Shown here piece after piece: positions 35,091 to 47,542 of a stretch of 64,000 nt of DNA. This DNA is from an uncultured Methanosarcinaceae archaeon. Lineage in GTDB: Archaea; Halobacteriota; Methanosarcinia; Methanosarcinales; Methanosarcinaceae. The notes under the pieces are model-generated. The model had not been told where the DNA came from, searched no databases, and worked only from the letters and a program-made list of their open reading frames with translations. The stretch spans positions 96,001 through 160,000 of the forward strand of contig CAWHXP010000006.1 of assembly GCA_963833425.1 (NCBI GenBank), written 5' to 3'. Position 1 is the stretch's first letter; the number at the start of each line of letters is the position of its first letter. A program made the position numbers and the translations under genes.

Positions 35091-35897
35091 TCACGCCTTT
35101 GTTGATTCGATGTGCCGTTTAAAAGTCCCATGTCCACCAAGTTTGGATATCGTATCGACTGCTGTCTGGGCAGATTTTTTCAGGACTGATTCGGCTTTCT
35201 TATAATCCGGAGCTATTACCTTAATTCTATATCTAGGAGCTCCTGTATAACTCACTTCTAGCCTTACGTCTTTTCCATCCACCTCACTTATAGAATTTGC
35301 AGCACTTAGAGCTTTTTTTATAACCTCTATTCCATTTGGAAGGTTGCAGGTCAGATCCACATAACCTGCAATATCTACAAATGGGAGTTTGATATTTTCC
35401 CCTGCGATCTTGATTATACTCTTCAGGTGTTTCTTATTTATTTTGATTCCTTTGAAGGCTATTTCTCCTTCGACAGCAGCTTCTTCAAAGGCTGAATATG
35501 CACTTCCAAATTCATCTACAAGTTTTTCATTCAATGCGTGTAGGTTATTTTCATCGACCTTTGTCTCTTCAGCTACGAACTGTAGCCATTTGGCGGCTTT
35601 TTGTTCATTTTTCCATTCCTGTATTTTAGCGCGCCTTTGATGCTCGTTAACGTCTTTTAATGACAGATCTATGTGGCCGCGAGAAGGGTCCACGTTTAGA
35701 ACCTTGCAGACGATTTTCTGGCCTTCCCTCACGTAGTCCCTTACGTACTTGACCCAGCCTGCTTTAATTTCGGAGATGTGGATAAATCCCTCTCTTCCCT
35801 CGAATTCCTCAAGCTCTACATAAGCTCCGAAATCCGTCACGTTCTTTACAGTACATACAACAAACTCTCCGACTTCTGGCCAGTTATCGTTTCCCAT
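35091..35897 (-). CDS. eif2a: Translation initiation factor 2 alpha subunit
   Basis: S1 domain (FGAYVEL, IHISEI, HIDLSLK), GAPRYRI. Confidence 0.96.
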   Translation of the reverse strand: MGNDNWPEVGEFVVCTVKNVTDFGAYVELEEFEGREGFIHISEIKAGWVKYVRDYVREGQKIVCKVLNVDPSRGHIDLSLKDVNEHQRRAKIQEWKNEQKAAKWLQFVAEETKVDENNLHALNEKLVDEFGSAYSAFEEAAVEGEIAFKGIKINKKHLKSIIKIAGENIKLPFVDIAGYVDLTCNLPNGIEVIKKALSAANSISEVDGKDVRLEVSYTGAPRYRIKVIAPDYKKAESVLKKSAQTAVDTISKLGGHGTFKRHIESTKA

Positions 35898-35967
35898 TCG
35901 CACCACTTCTCAAGTTTCGTCTTAAATTACTCTCTATTACTTCTGTAAAATGCTTTTAAGTATCCCT

Positions 35968-36471
<504 letters not shown>

Positions 36472-36854
36472 TTATGTAGAACATCTTTCCGGTTTTTGCA
36501 GAAAAGCATTATTATATATAATTATTTAATACAGTGTTAAACATGGTATTTTATTTCGAGAAAGCTCTTGCCTGGGAAGTTTTTGATTCGATAAACTTAA
36601 AATTTTTTAAAATATTTTGTGTCCTTAACATCACGATTGTCAGTCTTGTATCGAAGACAATGTCAGAGCATGCTAACAAGGTTAAGTTACACAGATATAG
36701 CTACACATATATATAGTAATGCTATTTCCTAAATATACTAATAATATTTTTGAAGTTTTCCCCTCTATCTATCATATATGAATTAACATTTTAGGACTTC
36801 TGACCTACCTACTTTCTTTCTCCTAAAGTTAGAATGACTGCAAGCTTTTGACTA

Positions 36855-37562
36855 TTAATTTTTTCCTAAATTTTGCTGGTCAGTAATCAGTTTGGCTGCA
36901 TTTCTTTTAATCAGCCCTGTTGCATTGAGCTGCGGCAAAACAACAACATCTTCAGCACTGACAATATAATTTCTTCCATCTGCACCTGTGAAAGTAGGCA
37001 AGTCTCTCAGTATTCGGACAACAACATAATCCCTATTTATACTTTTTTTTCTTGGCTCTGCTCCTGTTTCTTTATCAGCTTCATTTGTGGGTATCTCTCT
37101 TCTAACCTCAATTTCTCCCCGGATGCTGGGATAAACCTGCCTTTCTGATATACTTTTTTGCTTGAATGCAATCTTTTCTACACCAGGATACAGGATAGGA
37201 CCTAGAAGTTCCATTTTCGCAGTCTCAATTCCCTGGAGCACCTGGTCATAAAGCCTTTTTTCCGCGGGAAGCAATTTTTCAATATCCTTTGAGATAGGTT
37301 TATCTGCGTGAGATTGATTAGTCGCCCTTGTAATAACTTTTCCTATTCGTTTCATGAAGATAGTCTCAAGGTCGGAAAGTGCTTGTTCGTGCTCATCATG
37401 AAGCATCTTAGACTCCGGAGAACGGGAATTTTCGAGTTTAGATATATCTTTTTCAAGATCCCGGATATATTTCTCAGCTTCCAAGTAAAAATCAGCCGGA
37501 ATGGCCTTCAATATCTGGTTTTTTTCCTTATACAAGATCTGGCTGATTTCTTCTATATCCAT
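36855..37562 (-). CDS. DNA replication complex GINS (Gins51-like) protein
   Basis: Downstream of priS; RIGKV in the A domain, C-terminal VRIL..FTGADGRNY..DVVVLP..NA B domain. Confidence 0.85.
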   Translation of the reverse strand: MDIEEISQILYKEKNQILKAIPADFYLEAEKYIRDLEKDISKLENSRSPESKMLHDEHEQALSDLETIFMKRIGKVITRATNQSHADKPISKDIEKLLPAEKRLYDQVLQGIETAKMELLGPILYPGVEKIAFKQKSISERQVYPSIRGEIEVRREIPTNEADKETGAEPRKKSINRDYVVVRILRDLPTFTGADGRNYIVSAEDVVVLPQLNATGLIKRNAAKLITDQQNLGKN

Positions 37563-38772
37563 ACTCTGCAACACCTCTGCAAATCAAATATATTGCCGCG
37601 TACTCAGGAACTTCTTGCATTCCCTCTTTTACCCTTAAATCCTTACCTTTTAACTGTATCGAAAAAGGATTTGAGACAAATATTTTTACTGGTCTCTCCC
37701 CAAAGACAATAGCATCACTAAGCGGATCAAACTTCTCTAGCTCAGATAAAGCAAGTTTCTTAACCAGCATCCCAGATCCACCGTGTAGGGAACCAGGCAC
37801 CCTGATCAAACGCTTAATATCTGCAGTAACAGGTTCATCAACGGCTACTCCAAATCCTTGCAGGAAATCTTCAATCGACTCTCGCATAAAATTGGCAGCA
37901 ATACCCTTAAAGTTTCTGACATCAAAGTCAAGTCTTCCTCTCTCCAGAATATCCTTTAAACCATTTTCGCTATTTGTAACATTAATTAATTTTTTTATTG
38001 TAGTATCTCCAATCTTCTCACACCTGCGAAGCTCAGGAAACATATCTTTTTTGTATCTTTTTTTACATTCAGCTTTCATATAATCCGTCAGGTAGAGTGC
38101 AATCCTCTTTCCCCATCCTGAATCATATCCTACAAGAGTGGACTTAATTGGAACTTTTTTTATCCCTTTGAAAGTCTTTGATCCAATCCCAAATTCCCCA
38201 TCCATTGCAACATCTCTGAATAGGTATTTGAAATCTAGATCTTTGCCGCTTATATAATTTACAATTTCTCTTCTTTCTGCACCCCCTAGAGTCAGGATTT
38301 TCGGGCTTATAACATGGATATGATATCCTCTGCCCCCAGAAAATACTAACTCAATCTCCTGTTCAGAAAATCCAAAATCTTCTAAAATAAAATCCATAAG
38401 CTTAAAAGTTTCCTTTTTCACAAGCTCCATCATATCCGAATAATTTTTAGGGGCATTTGGCAAGTGATCTGCATCAAGGTCAAAAATCAACTCTGCTCCA
38501 AGCCAGATCTTTTCGTTCATTTTTCTGGCATCAGGGTATTCATAGTACGCAGTCGAATTGTAAACATGTGCAGGGGTCATACTATATAGATAATCAAGAA
38601 CATCCCCAGGCGAGCTGAAGGACTTATGCCTATACATCATCTTTTCAGGAACGCTATCATAGAAGATAAAAGCCCATTCTCTGTTAGGCAGGTGGTCAGG
38701 TAGACCTATCTCGGCATTTTTGTAATAATTATGAAAGCGGGATTTTACAAAATTAGTGGTTCGAATGTCCAT
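37528..38772 (-). CDS. priS: DNA primase catalytic subunit
   Basis: REWAF, ELIFDLDADHL, FSGGRGYHIH, DEPVTADIKRLIRVPGSLH. Confidence 0.96.
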   Translation of the reverse strand: MDIRTTNFVKSRFHNYYKNAEIGLPDHLPNREWAFIFYDSVPEKMMYRHKSFSSPGDVLDYLYSMTPAHVYNSTAYYEYPDARKMNEKIWLGAELIFDLDADHLPNAPKNYSDMMELVKKETFKLMDFILEDFGFSEQEIELVFSGGRGYHIHVISPKILTLGGAERREIVNYISGKDLDFKYLFRDVAMDGEFGIGSKTFKGIKKVPIKSTLVGYDSGWGKRIALYLTDYMKAECKKRYKKDMFPELRRCEKIGDTTIKKLINVTNSENGLKDILERGRLDFDVRNFKGIAANFMRESIEDFLQGFGVAVDEPVTADIKRLIRVPGSLHGGSGMLVKKLALSELEKFDPLSDAIVFGERPVKIFVSNPFSIQLKGKDLRVKEGMQEVPEYAAIYLICRGVAEYGYRRNQPDLV

Positions 38773-39596
38773 GTTTTCAGAGCTTTGTGAATTATTGAAT
38801 CTTCGAATTAAGGTTTTAGTTCAAGGTTTTTTTGATACGATAGATCAAGTCATACTTTACTTTTGTTTATATGAATCTTTTTTAGTAACTGTTAAGCCTG
38901 GAAAAAACAATATCAATAACCAACTTTACTAAAATTCAATTAGCAAATTTTGGTGGGCTAGTTATATTTAACTGTCGGCTATTGATCATGTCTTTTATTT
39001 TCCATCATTTGTTAATCAGAAATATCTATTGAGTCAAAAGATGTACAATCAAACTTATTTTGAGTAAGCTTAACAATAAAATATTTAAAATAATTCAACA
39101 ATCGATTAAGAATCAGATAAATTCATTGTATTTTACTGAGATGGATATCTATTTTTAATCCAAGATACATGTAAAGTAAGGTTTAAAATCTTTGACCTAA
39201 AAATAGGAAATACTGTAGAAGGATTTCTAGCTATTGTCCAAAAAATAAAAAAAATATCCCTGTCAACAATAATTAAAACAAATGAAATTTTTTGAATTAA
39301 AGGCGCAAACAAATTAAAGTACTTTTATTTTTTATACCCACATTAAGAAAATTTCATGTTCGTTTTTGAAGAAATTTGACTTCTTGATAAATCGAATGAT
39401 ACTCTATTGTGTACACTTTAACGTCGATATAGATCACAATAGAATTAGAATATTAAGATGAAAAAAGACTATATGAGAGCACACATCTGTAAGAGAGTAT
39501 GGAATTACAGATTTAAAGTAAAAGTCAAGAGATCTACTGACATTCAGATCTATTAAAAAATTAATTATGTTAATATATGACAACAAAAATTTCCAT

Positions 39597-40067
39597 TCAC
39601 AACAAATTTTCAGCTATATATTCAAAAATTGTATGTTCACAATAAAGACAGTTGAGAACCACTCCTTCTTCTGCCGATTGGAGTACGGAAAACTTCGATT
39701 TTATGGGCTCACTGCTGTTAGAAATACAGTTTGAATTAATGCAGCGAACAACGCCCTCAACATAGGAAGGCAGGACGACATCATTTTTTTGAACTACTTC
39801 AAAATCCCTAATAATATTGATGGTGGCTCGCGGAGAGATCAGAGCAATCCTGTTCAACTCTTCGACATTGAGTTCCTTACCCTCTACTTTCACAACATCT
39901 TTTTTGCCTCTAGCTCCTGGAGCATTCATTACAAAACTAATAGTTGCCCGAAAAGCGCTAGAGATTCCAAGTATGCGCAGGACATTTAATGCCTGTCCTG
40001 CCTTTATGTGATCGATGACTGTTCCATTTTCGATCGCCTGGACCTTCAAGTCACGTTTTTCTTTCAT
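39597..40067 (-). CDS. pyrI: Aspartate carbamoyltransferase regulatory chain
   Basis: IENGTVIDHI, KKDVVK, C.NSNCI, CLYCE. Confidence 0.96.
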   Translation of the reverse strand: MKEKRDLKVQAIENGTVIDHIKAGQALNVLRILGISSAFRATISFVMNAPGARGKKDVVKVEGKELNVEELNRIALISPRATINIIRDFEVVQKNDVVLPSYVEGVVRCINSNCISNSSEPIKSKFSVLQSAEEGVVLNCLYCEHTIFEYIAENLL

Positions 40068-40990
40068 TCAACCACTCCCATGGCAAGAGCAAGAAGTGCC
40101 ATCCTAATTGGAACCCCATAGAAAGCCTGCTGGAAGTAACATGCATGTGGAGTTGCATCTACTGCAGTGGAAATTTCATTGACTCGCGGAAGAGGGTGAA
40201 GAATCTTAAGGTTAGAATTCACATTTTTAAGTAGACTGCCTGTAACCTTCAGCCTGTGTTTTACCTTTTCATATTCTTCAGGGTCAAGAAAACGCTCCCT
40301 TTGAACTCTTGTCATGTAGAGTACATCTATATCTCCAATTATTTCCTCAAGAGAATTTGTTTCTTTTACCTTTATCTTATGCTTTTGAAGATCCTTGATT
40401 ATTTCGGAAGGCAAACTGAGCTCTGGAGGCGAAACAAAAGTCATTTCAGCCCCGTAGAGGGAAAGGGCATGGCAAAGGGAATGGACAGTTCTCCCGTATT
40501 TCAAATCCCCGGCCATGGCAATTCTCAGGCTCTCAAGATGGCTTTCCCTGCGGATAGTATAAAGGTCGAGGAAGGTCTGTGTAGGGTGATGGACAGAACC
40601 ATCTCCACCATTGATCACCGGAACGCTGGAAAATTCAGACGCCATCCTTGAAGATCCATCAAGAGGATGGCGCAATACTATAAGATCGGCATAGTTACTG
40701 ATCACGCGAATGGTATCGGCAAGATTTTCCCCTTTCATAACAGAACTTGCCTCTACAGAACCCAGATTTAAAACATGTCCTCCAAGCCTTTGAGTAGCAA
40801 CTTCAAAAGACAGCCGGGTCCTTGTACTTGGTTCAAAAAAAAGAAGGGCAACGATTTTTCCATCCAGCAGCTTAGATCTGTTTTCACCTCTAGCTACAGA
40901 CTCAAGATTTTCTGCAATATCCAGAACGTAGTCGATTTCTTTGCGCGAGAAATCCTTCATTGAGATGACGTGTCGGTTCTTAAATGACAT
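40064..40990 (-). CDS. pyrB: Aspartate carbamoyltransferase catalytic chain
   Basis: FFEPSTRTRLSF, HPTQ, GDLKYGRTVHSL, HPLPR. Confidence 0.97.
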   Translation of the reverse strand: MSFKNRHVISMKDFSRKEIDYVLDIAENLESVARGENRSKLLDGKIVALLFFEPSTRTRLSFEVATQRLGGHVLNLGSVEASSVMKGENLADTIRVISNYADLIVLRHPLDGSSRMASEFSSVPVINGGDGSVHHPTQTFLDLYTIRRESHLESLRIAMAGDLKYGRTVHSLCHALSLYGAEMTFVSPPELSLPSEIIKDLQKHKIKVKETNSLEEIIGDIDVLYMTRVQRERFLDPEEYEKVKHRLKVTGSLLKNVNSNLKILHPLPRVNEISTAVDATPHACYFQQAFYGVPIRMALLALAMGVVE

Positions 40991-41575
40991 CCTGATCAAT
41001 AAATGGTTCTCAAAGATATAACCTTTGCTCCATAAATTTTCTAGATCAGTATGGATGCAATTGAATCCATCTCTGCATCCACTTTAGGGAACGGATTTAG
41101 CTTAATTATTTTCTAAACTTGAACCAAAATTTTGTATTCTTAAACTTAGTTTGAAAGTACAAATTTCAAAGTACATATAATTTAAATAATTAGTTATTTA
41201 ATTGTCTAAAATAAATTTTTCGCAGTACTTCATATGAACCATGTGATATCTTATTTGAGATACACAATGATTTTGATGGAATGGTTACATTTTGTAGTGC
41301 AAAAGTAGATTAAAATATAAATCAGTTAGTCAATGACGGTTCTAGGAAATTGTCCATCCACGTATCATACTGTGGGTATTCGACTGAAATAATCACTTTT
41401 GACAAATCATCACAAATAGCACAAACTTGCAATATGAGGAGGGGATTTTCATGTCAGTATATTTGCCTATAAGGTATAAATATGTTAATGCCAATATCAC
41501 ATTATTTCTTCCTGTGTTTTTCGTTGCTCCCTTTACCAGCAAAGGTTCTTACTGAGTAGATAATTGTGCATTACA

Positions 41576-41664
41576 GTACATTTCGATAAATTTTTGGTTT
41601 TCAAGAATTATTTTTTTATATCATTTTATAAGAATATGATAAAATAAGGTTTATCGAAATACTC
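41576..41664. mobile_element. 89-bp IS5-type MITE
   Basis: GTACATTTCGATAAA...TTTATCGAAATACTC. Confidence 0.65.
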
Positions 41665-41726
41665 GGTGTATCGAGATAGCTTCCATTGTCTAAGCTTCTA
41701 TGACTTGTTCGAGATAAAAAAATTAG

Positions 41727-42582
41727 GGTTCCGTTGCAAAAACTTCAAAAAAATATGTAAATCTATAAGTAATTAATAAAAATCAAAATATTCAAGGAAA
41801 ATGTACTAATATTATAAAACTATACCAAATAATTGATTAATGTATTTGACTTCATTAAGAGCAGAGTAATTTAGATCGATTACTTGTCCTTTTTTGATCA
41901 TATTTATAGCTTCAATTCCTTTTAAAGTCTTATTAGCAGATCGAAAAGACTGAAATCCTAACATTGGATTAACGATTCTCTTTATAGATCTGTGACCTTG
42001 TTCTATGATGTTATTCAAATACTTGATTTGTCGAATGCCTAAGTTTTTAGGTAGTATTTTATCAATTTTTAGTTTATCTATAGCAGGTGGATAAGCTGGA
42101 TTCTTATCAACGGTTATTAATCTTGGAATTTGATTATGATTAGAACTTAAAGCTTTCTTAAAGAATCTCTTCGATGCCTTTCTATCTAGTTTTGAACTTA
42201 ACATGAAATCAATTGTATCTCCATTTGAGTCAACTGCTCGATAAAAATAGTCCCATTTACCTTTTACTTTGATATAGGTTTCAGCAACTCTCCACGAATC
42301 ATTTGTTGGTCTTAAATGTCTTCTTATCTTCTTTTCTATTTCAGGGGAATATTGATGTACCCATCTCATGATTGTTGTATGGTCGACTTTTACTCCCCTT
42401 TCTGCCATCATTTCCTTTAAATTTCTATAACTTAATGCATATTTTAAGTACCATCTTACATTTAATAGGATAATTTTCCCTTATATAATGCTTCCATTTA
42501 AAGGAATTAGATAGCATGTTACTATCTTTGGTTTTCTTTTTATTCTATTGTATCAGTAGAAAGGATTTTTTGCAACGGAACC
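41727..42582 (-). mobile_element. Full-length IS6-family element (856 bp)
   Basis: TIRs GGTTCCGTTGCAAAAA at both ends; 8-bp direct repeat AAAATTAG at 41719-41726 and 42583-42590. Confidence 0.95.
41812..42517 (-). pseudogene. IS6 transposase, frameshifted near codon 12
   Basis: One-base insertion near 42483 relative to the 6423 copy; WRVAETY, TVDKNPAY, IEQGHR. Confidence 0.9.
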
Positions 42583-42778
42583 AAAATTAGTGTATTGTTT
42601 ATAAATAATTTATATAAATGAATTCGTTGAAATAAGAATTATTTACAATATTCCATTTGCTATTGCTTTATAACCAGAAAAAAGATTCATATTGAATAAA
42701 CATGTAGATTTCCAAACATTTATATAATATAATTTCTAACACAATGTTTGATGACAGAATAATACTGGCATCTGATCA

Positions 42779-42895
42779 GGCATCATTCCCAAGATAATTT
42801 CTCACACACCAACCCAAATACCATTATCCATATTCCAGAATCTATGATAAAATCTTAACTTCCCACAAAACGAATTCAATTTCTGGAATGATGCC
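42779..42895. mobile_element. Candidate 117-bp MITE
   Basis: GGCATCATTCC...GGAATGATGCC, perfect 11-bp inverted ends; no target-site duplication seen. Confidence 0.5.
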
Positions 42896-43212
42896 ATATC
42901 TTTTTTATAATCGCGATTTCCAATTTTGCTTCCAAAGATCCTACACTGGACAGCTGTAAATAGGGGTATAAATTTGTTTACCTATTTGCCCACTATAATT
43001 CATTGAGAGTCAGATTAATTTTTAACTTACTGTTGTATTGAGAAAATCGATGGCATTCTTGCGTATATCTATGGAAAGTAAGAAAATATAATTATTACTA
43101 CCAAATAAGACGGAAGAATAATATATTAAAGAAAAACTTATCCTGAAACTGAATATACTGTGCATTATTTTCAAATCAATATATTTATAATATAAACCTC
43201 TGATTATTTCTC

Positions 43213-44259
43213 ATGATAGATCCTGTTAACAATTTTAAAATCCCTCAGAAATGGATCTCCCTAACCAAGCTGTCCAGAGTAGAGCTTGAAGCAAAAATAG
43301 CATCCGGGATGATTGTTATCCTGAGTGACGGGGCTATTCTCAAAAGAGGGTATACTACAGGAACCACAGCAAGTGCCGCTGCGAAAGCCGCGGTCCTTTC
43401 CATCAAGAAAACTATTAACAACGTATCAGTTCCAACTCCTGTGGGCCTAAGAGCTTATATCGATATAAGAGAGTCCTCCCAAGGGCGTGCAGTAGCAAAA
43501 AAGATACCTAATGACCACGAATCCGACATTACGAGGGGTCTTGAATTTGTGGGTGAAGCCAGAGAAGCAAAGGAAATTAGAATTCTTGGAGGAAAAGGTA
43601 TAGGGATTGTAAGAAGGGATGGACTCCCGGTTCCAAGAGACCAGCCTGCAATTAACCCCATACCCATGGATCAAATTCGATCTGCAGTACTTGAAGCGGT
43701 AGAGGAACTTGGCCTACAGGGAGCTGAAGTCATAATCTCCATCCCTGAAGGAGAAATGGTTGGAAAGAAAACTCTGAACAGTAGGATCGGAGTAGAAGGT
43801 GGTATTTCAATTCTTGGAAGTACAGGTTTTGTTGAACCCTGGAATGACCATCTCGGAGAGATGAAAGGAGATCTCATTCGCCGCACTGACAGAGTAGTTC
43901 TGACTACTGGTCGAATAGGTCTGCGTTACTCTCATATGATCTTTCCTTGTCATACCGTAGTAATGATAGGAAGCAGGATATCTGAAGGGCTTAAATCCGC
44001 TTCAGGAGATGTAATTATTTGTGGACTTCCTGGTCTTATCCTCAAATGGGGAAATCCTGAGCTTCTCAAGGACTGTGAGTACTCAACTGTTGTTGAAATG
44101 CTTGAGAAAGCCCCTAAACATGCGCGCTTAAAAGAAGCCTTTGAAATAGCAGTGGAGAAAGGAAAAGGCGCGAGAGTTGTGGTAATTGACAGAAAAGGAA
44201 CTGTTCTCATGGACAGCAAGAGTAAATTTAAACCAGGCAAAAGAGAAGAAAAATTATGA
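43213..44259 (+). CDS. cbiD: Cobalt-precorrin-5B C1-methyltransferase
   Basis: [41 protein letters not shown]. Confidence 0.95.
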   Translation: MIDPVNNFKIPQKWISLTKLSRVELEAKIASGMIVILSDGAILKRGYTTGTTASAAAKAAVLSIKKTINNVSVPTPVGLRAYIDIRESSQGRAVAKKIPNDHESDITRGLEFVGEAREAKEIRILGGKGIGIVRRDGLPVPRDQPAINPIPMDQIRSAVLEAVEELGLQGAEVIISIPEGEMVGKKTLNSRIGVEGGISILGSTGFVEPWNDHLGEMKGDLIRRTDRVVLTTGRIGLRYSHMIFPCHTVVMIGSRISEGLKSASGDVIICGLPGLILKWGNPELLKDCEYSTVVEMLEKAPKHARLKEAFEIAVEKGKGARVVVIDRKGTVLMDSKSKFKPGKREEKL

Positions 44260-44843
44260 AAATTGTAGGAGTCGGTGTTGGGCCCGGCATGATTACAGAA
44301 GAAGGGATAAAGGCAATAAGAGAGGCTTTAGTGGTTTATGGTTCAAAAAGAGCACTTGAAATTGCGCAGGAGCATATAGTATGTGAAGCAAAAATAATTA
44401 AGAACTATAAGTCGCTCCATTTACTGCCTTCATATGCAGTTGTCTTATCCACAGGAGATCCTATGTTTTCAGGACTTGGGCAGTTTGCAGGTAAAGAGGA
44501 TACAGTTATTCCTGGGATTTCCTCAATACAAGTAGCTTGTGCTCGTAATAAAGTGAATCTAACAAACTTATGTGCGATTACAGTTCATGGTAGAGGCTTT
44601 GAACTGGCAAAAGCCGAACTGATCCTGGAATTAAAGAATGGAAGAAATATTTTCCTACTCCCGGAAGAGAAATTTGGTTCCCGTGAGGTTGCAGAAATTC
44701 TTAAAGAGCTGGAATTGGAAGCTGAGCTTTATACATGTGAAAAACTCGGTTATCCTGAAGAAAGGATCTCAAAAGGCACTCCTGAAAATCCGCCTATTTC
44801 AAAAACAATTCTCTATGGGTTGCTTGTCGTGCAAAAAAGATAA
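44256..44843 (+). CDS. cbiE: Cobalt-precorrin-7 C5-methyltransferase
   Basis: [36 protein letters not shown]. Confidence 0.92.
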   Translation: MKIVGVGVGPGMITEEGIKAIREALVVYGSKRALEIAQEHIVCEAKIIKNYKSLHLLPSYAVVLSTGDPMFSGLGQFAGKEDTVIPGISSIQVACARNKVNLTNLCAITVHGRGFELAKAELILELKNGRNIFLLPEEKFGSREVAEILKELELEAELYTCEKLGYPEERISKGTPENPPISKTILYGLLVVQKR

Positions 44844-45364
44844 ATTTTATTTGAACAAGTAAAAATTATGGATAATTATAATTGCGTGGTCTAGATAAGC
44901 TATTTGAGTTAGAGGAAGTGTATTTGACCTGCATCATGGAAATGATCAATTGTTTACTACCACGAAAATAAAATTTTTTTATATAAAATCTCAATTATAT
45001 ATGTAGGCGCATAAATGAAATATTACTGACTCATAAAAATCGGCGGTTTATCGTAATTCTCTTTCGTTGACTTACGAATTAATTACTGAGAATTTCAATT
45101 AATATGTATGAATTTGAGCATTGATAAGTTTAAAATCTTAACATAACTATCCAAATAGCCTTTTAAGTGAATACACAATTTTTCCTCTGAAGAGGAAAAT
45201 TGGATGCAAAACAAATTGGTTTAATTGTTAATGAAGTATGAAAGAATTCTTGATCTATCTCTATGTGATAAAACTTGTTCTGCTATCATATTAGAGCAGA
45301 AAAAGAATTTTCTGTAATTTAGGGAATTTGAAAATGTGATTCTGGAAAAGTTACTCATTCATCC

Positions 45365-46275
45365 TTAATCCATGTATCGAAATTTTCTTGAACTTAATGT
45401 TTCTCCTAATTTTCTTTTAACTTTAGAAAATATTATCCCCACAATATTTCTTTGATTATATTTAATTTTGTCAAATACCAGATTCAATTGTTTTCTATAT
45501 TTTCCCCTTATTTTCTTCCTTTTTTTCTCTCTTACAGGTATAATTAAATCTGCTTTGATTTATTCTCTAATAATAGAATGTATTTTTTCTGAATCTTACC
45601 CATTATCCGTTGCATAACAATCAGACTTTCTCATTTTATTTGATTGCCTTATCAAAGCATTTACATGTTTGATTTCATAGTCTGCTTTTTGACTAATTTT
45701 CCAGCCCGACATTACCTTTTTACTTGTGTCTATTGATATTGAAGTTCTCATGGAGCTTCTTCGAAGCTTTCCTGTTCTCCTGGAAGAATAATAACCTGCA
45801 TATGAACTGTTAAACCCTGTTGCATCAATCGCTACAACAGAGAAATTATCTCCATATGAGTAAAACAGCTTTAGAATCCTTGACAGAAGAAAGTTAAACA
45901 GAGAGGATGGGACCCTGGTTACAAACTTTTGAAGGGTAGTGAAATGTGAAATCTTATCAAGAGCAAGTTTTTTTATATCGCTCATAAGGTCAATAAGTTC
46001 TACAAAATTTTGATAGTCTGCACTAATATACTCTTTCAATAAAACCAGTACAAGGAGCTGATGTTGGGTATGAACGTGTTTTAATACATGCAGAATAAAG
46101 CTTCAGTCTAGAAGACTGAACCGTTTTCAAGGCTGGAATCAACAAATTTAATGTACTTACTAAATTTCAATAGTGGATATTTCTTCATTTTTAACAAAAA
46201 AATAGAAGAGTATTCTAATGGAATAATTATAATAAAGTAGTGTAAAAGTTCAATTTATAGCATTTTTACAGAGCC
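45365..46275 (-). mobile_element. Decayed IS5/IS4-like DDE element; 3' end not found
   Basis: End GGCTCTGTAAAAAT at 46275; fragments TQHQLLVL, HFTTLQKF, AIDATGF, ATDNG, KRKLGE. Confidence 0.8.
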
Positions 46276-46644
46276 TTCCAATGAAAGATATATATGTAAT
46301 ATAAAGTTCATGATGAATGAAAATTCTATAACAGTTATGAATGTGCTCAACTCTTACAATCCCCATTTCCAGAAAGAATTTAATCACGTTGAAAAGATTA
46401 TAAACATCACTAGACCAAATAGGACTATCAAAATATTGTTAATAGTTCTAAGCTGATATTATTTCTCAACGTTTTTTGGATCTTTTTTGCTTTGACATTG
46501 GAGCAGATTTGGAACGAGGGCAGGAGTTGATGAACGAGTACTAATAAATGGCCCGAAAGCAGCTCCAGTGGGTTATGAATATTTAGTTGTAAGTCTATAT
46601 CTATTTAGTTATGATGATCAAAAAATAACGACAAGCTCAAGTGG

Positions 46645-47175
46645 TTACGAATTTTCACTGTCCATTGTTTGCTGGCCGGTTCCTACCTGATCTGCTTCAC
46701 GCTCACAAACATAAGCGCCACCATTTGTGTTCCCGTACCAGCGTTGACCTTCTCCAACCAGATTAAACTTAGTTAGAATTTCTTTTAGAATGTCATTATT
46801 ATCTGTCATGATTATCTCGACGTTCTGATTAAGATTCTCTGAAATAACATTCGTTTTTCTATATACCCGTCTTCCAAATTCGTCCGGAAACCTCTTTTCC
46901 AATATAAACATGCAAATCCTGCAATCTCCTGCATCTACTGCTTCTTTTATGCGTTCCAAAAGTGCTTTTGCGGCATTAGCGTTCCGCTTTTGGATAAATT
47001 TATAAAAATTAAAATATTTTTCAGAGTTCTCTGTCTTGCCCCTGTTCATATATTGATTGAATGTTTTATACGTTATTCCTGCAGCTTCGGAAGCAAAAGA
47101 ATAGGTGAGTCCCAAAGAGATATTTTCACCAATTCTCTGTTGTATTTCATCGGTTAGTTTACAAGGTCTTGCCAT
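46645..47175 (-). CDS. Terminase small subunit-like HTH protein
   Basis: MARPCKLT..I..GLTY..ASEAAGITYKTF..Y..RG, and ILEKRFPDEFGRR resemble phage TerS-like families; last ~30 aa look unrelated. Confidence 0.6.
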   Translation of the reverse strand: MARPCKLTDEIQQRIGENISLGLTYSFASEAAGITYKTFNQYMNRGKTENSEKYFNFYKFIQKRNANAAKALLERIKEAVDAGDCRICMFILEKRFPDEFGRRVYRKTNVISENLNQNVEIIMTDNNDILKEILTKFNLVGEGQRWYGNTNGGAYVCEREADQVGTGQQTMDSENS

Positions 47176-47542
47176 GGTCACACCGTTTTTTATTCAGTAT
47201 AATTAATATAAGTGGATCTTGTATTTAATATTTAGTTTAGTTCTGTTCGCGGTCGGGGTTTGTACATATCAAATCAGAGCCATTCTCCGGCGCTGTGAGC
47301 CTATTTTTTGAGTAGGGCAATTTTACTTTGAACTTAGGATAAAAGTCTCACCAGTTAGCTCAGAATAAGTCGTTTTCCGACCAAATCAAATCCCCATGAT
47401 TGAAATATCGTTGCACGGTAACTACCTTTAAGATATTTTTTCATAAAATTTTATTACTTTAAAATGATATATATATTAAGTATTGTTGATAGGAAAAACC
47501 TGATAAACCGTGACTATTGTAATATCAAGAGTAGGAGAAGAG

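Noticed and set aside
42900..43212. Cobalamin riboswitch upstream of cbiD
   Set aside because: No B12-box or structured GC-rich leader.
47240..47430. GC-richer patch as a tRNA or att site
   Set aside because: No cloverleaf or T-loop consensus, and no second copy in the window.
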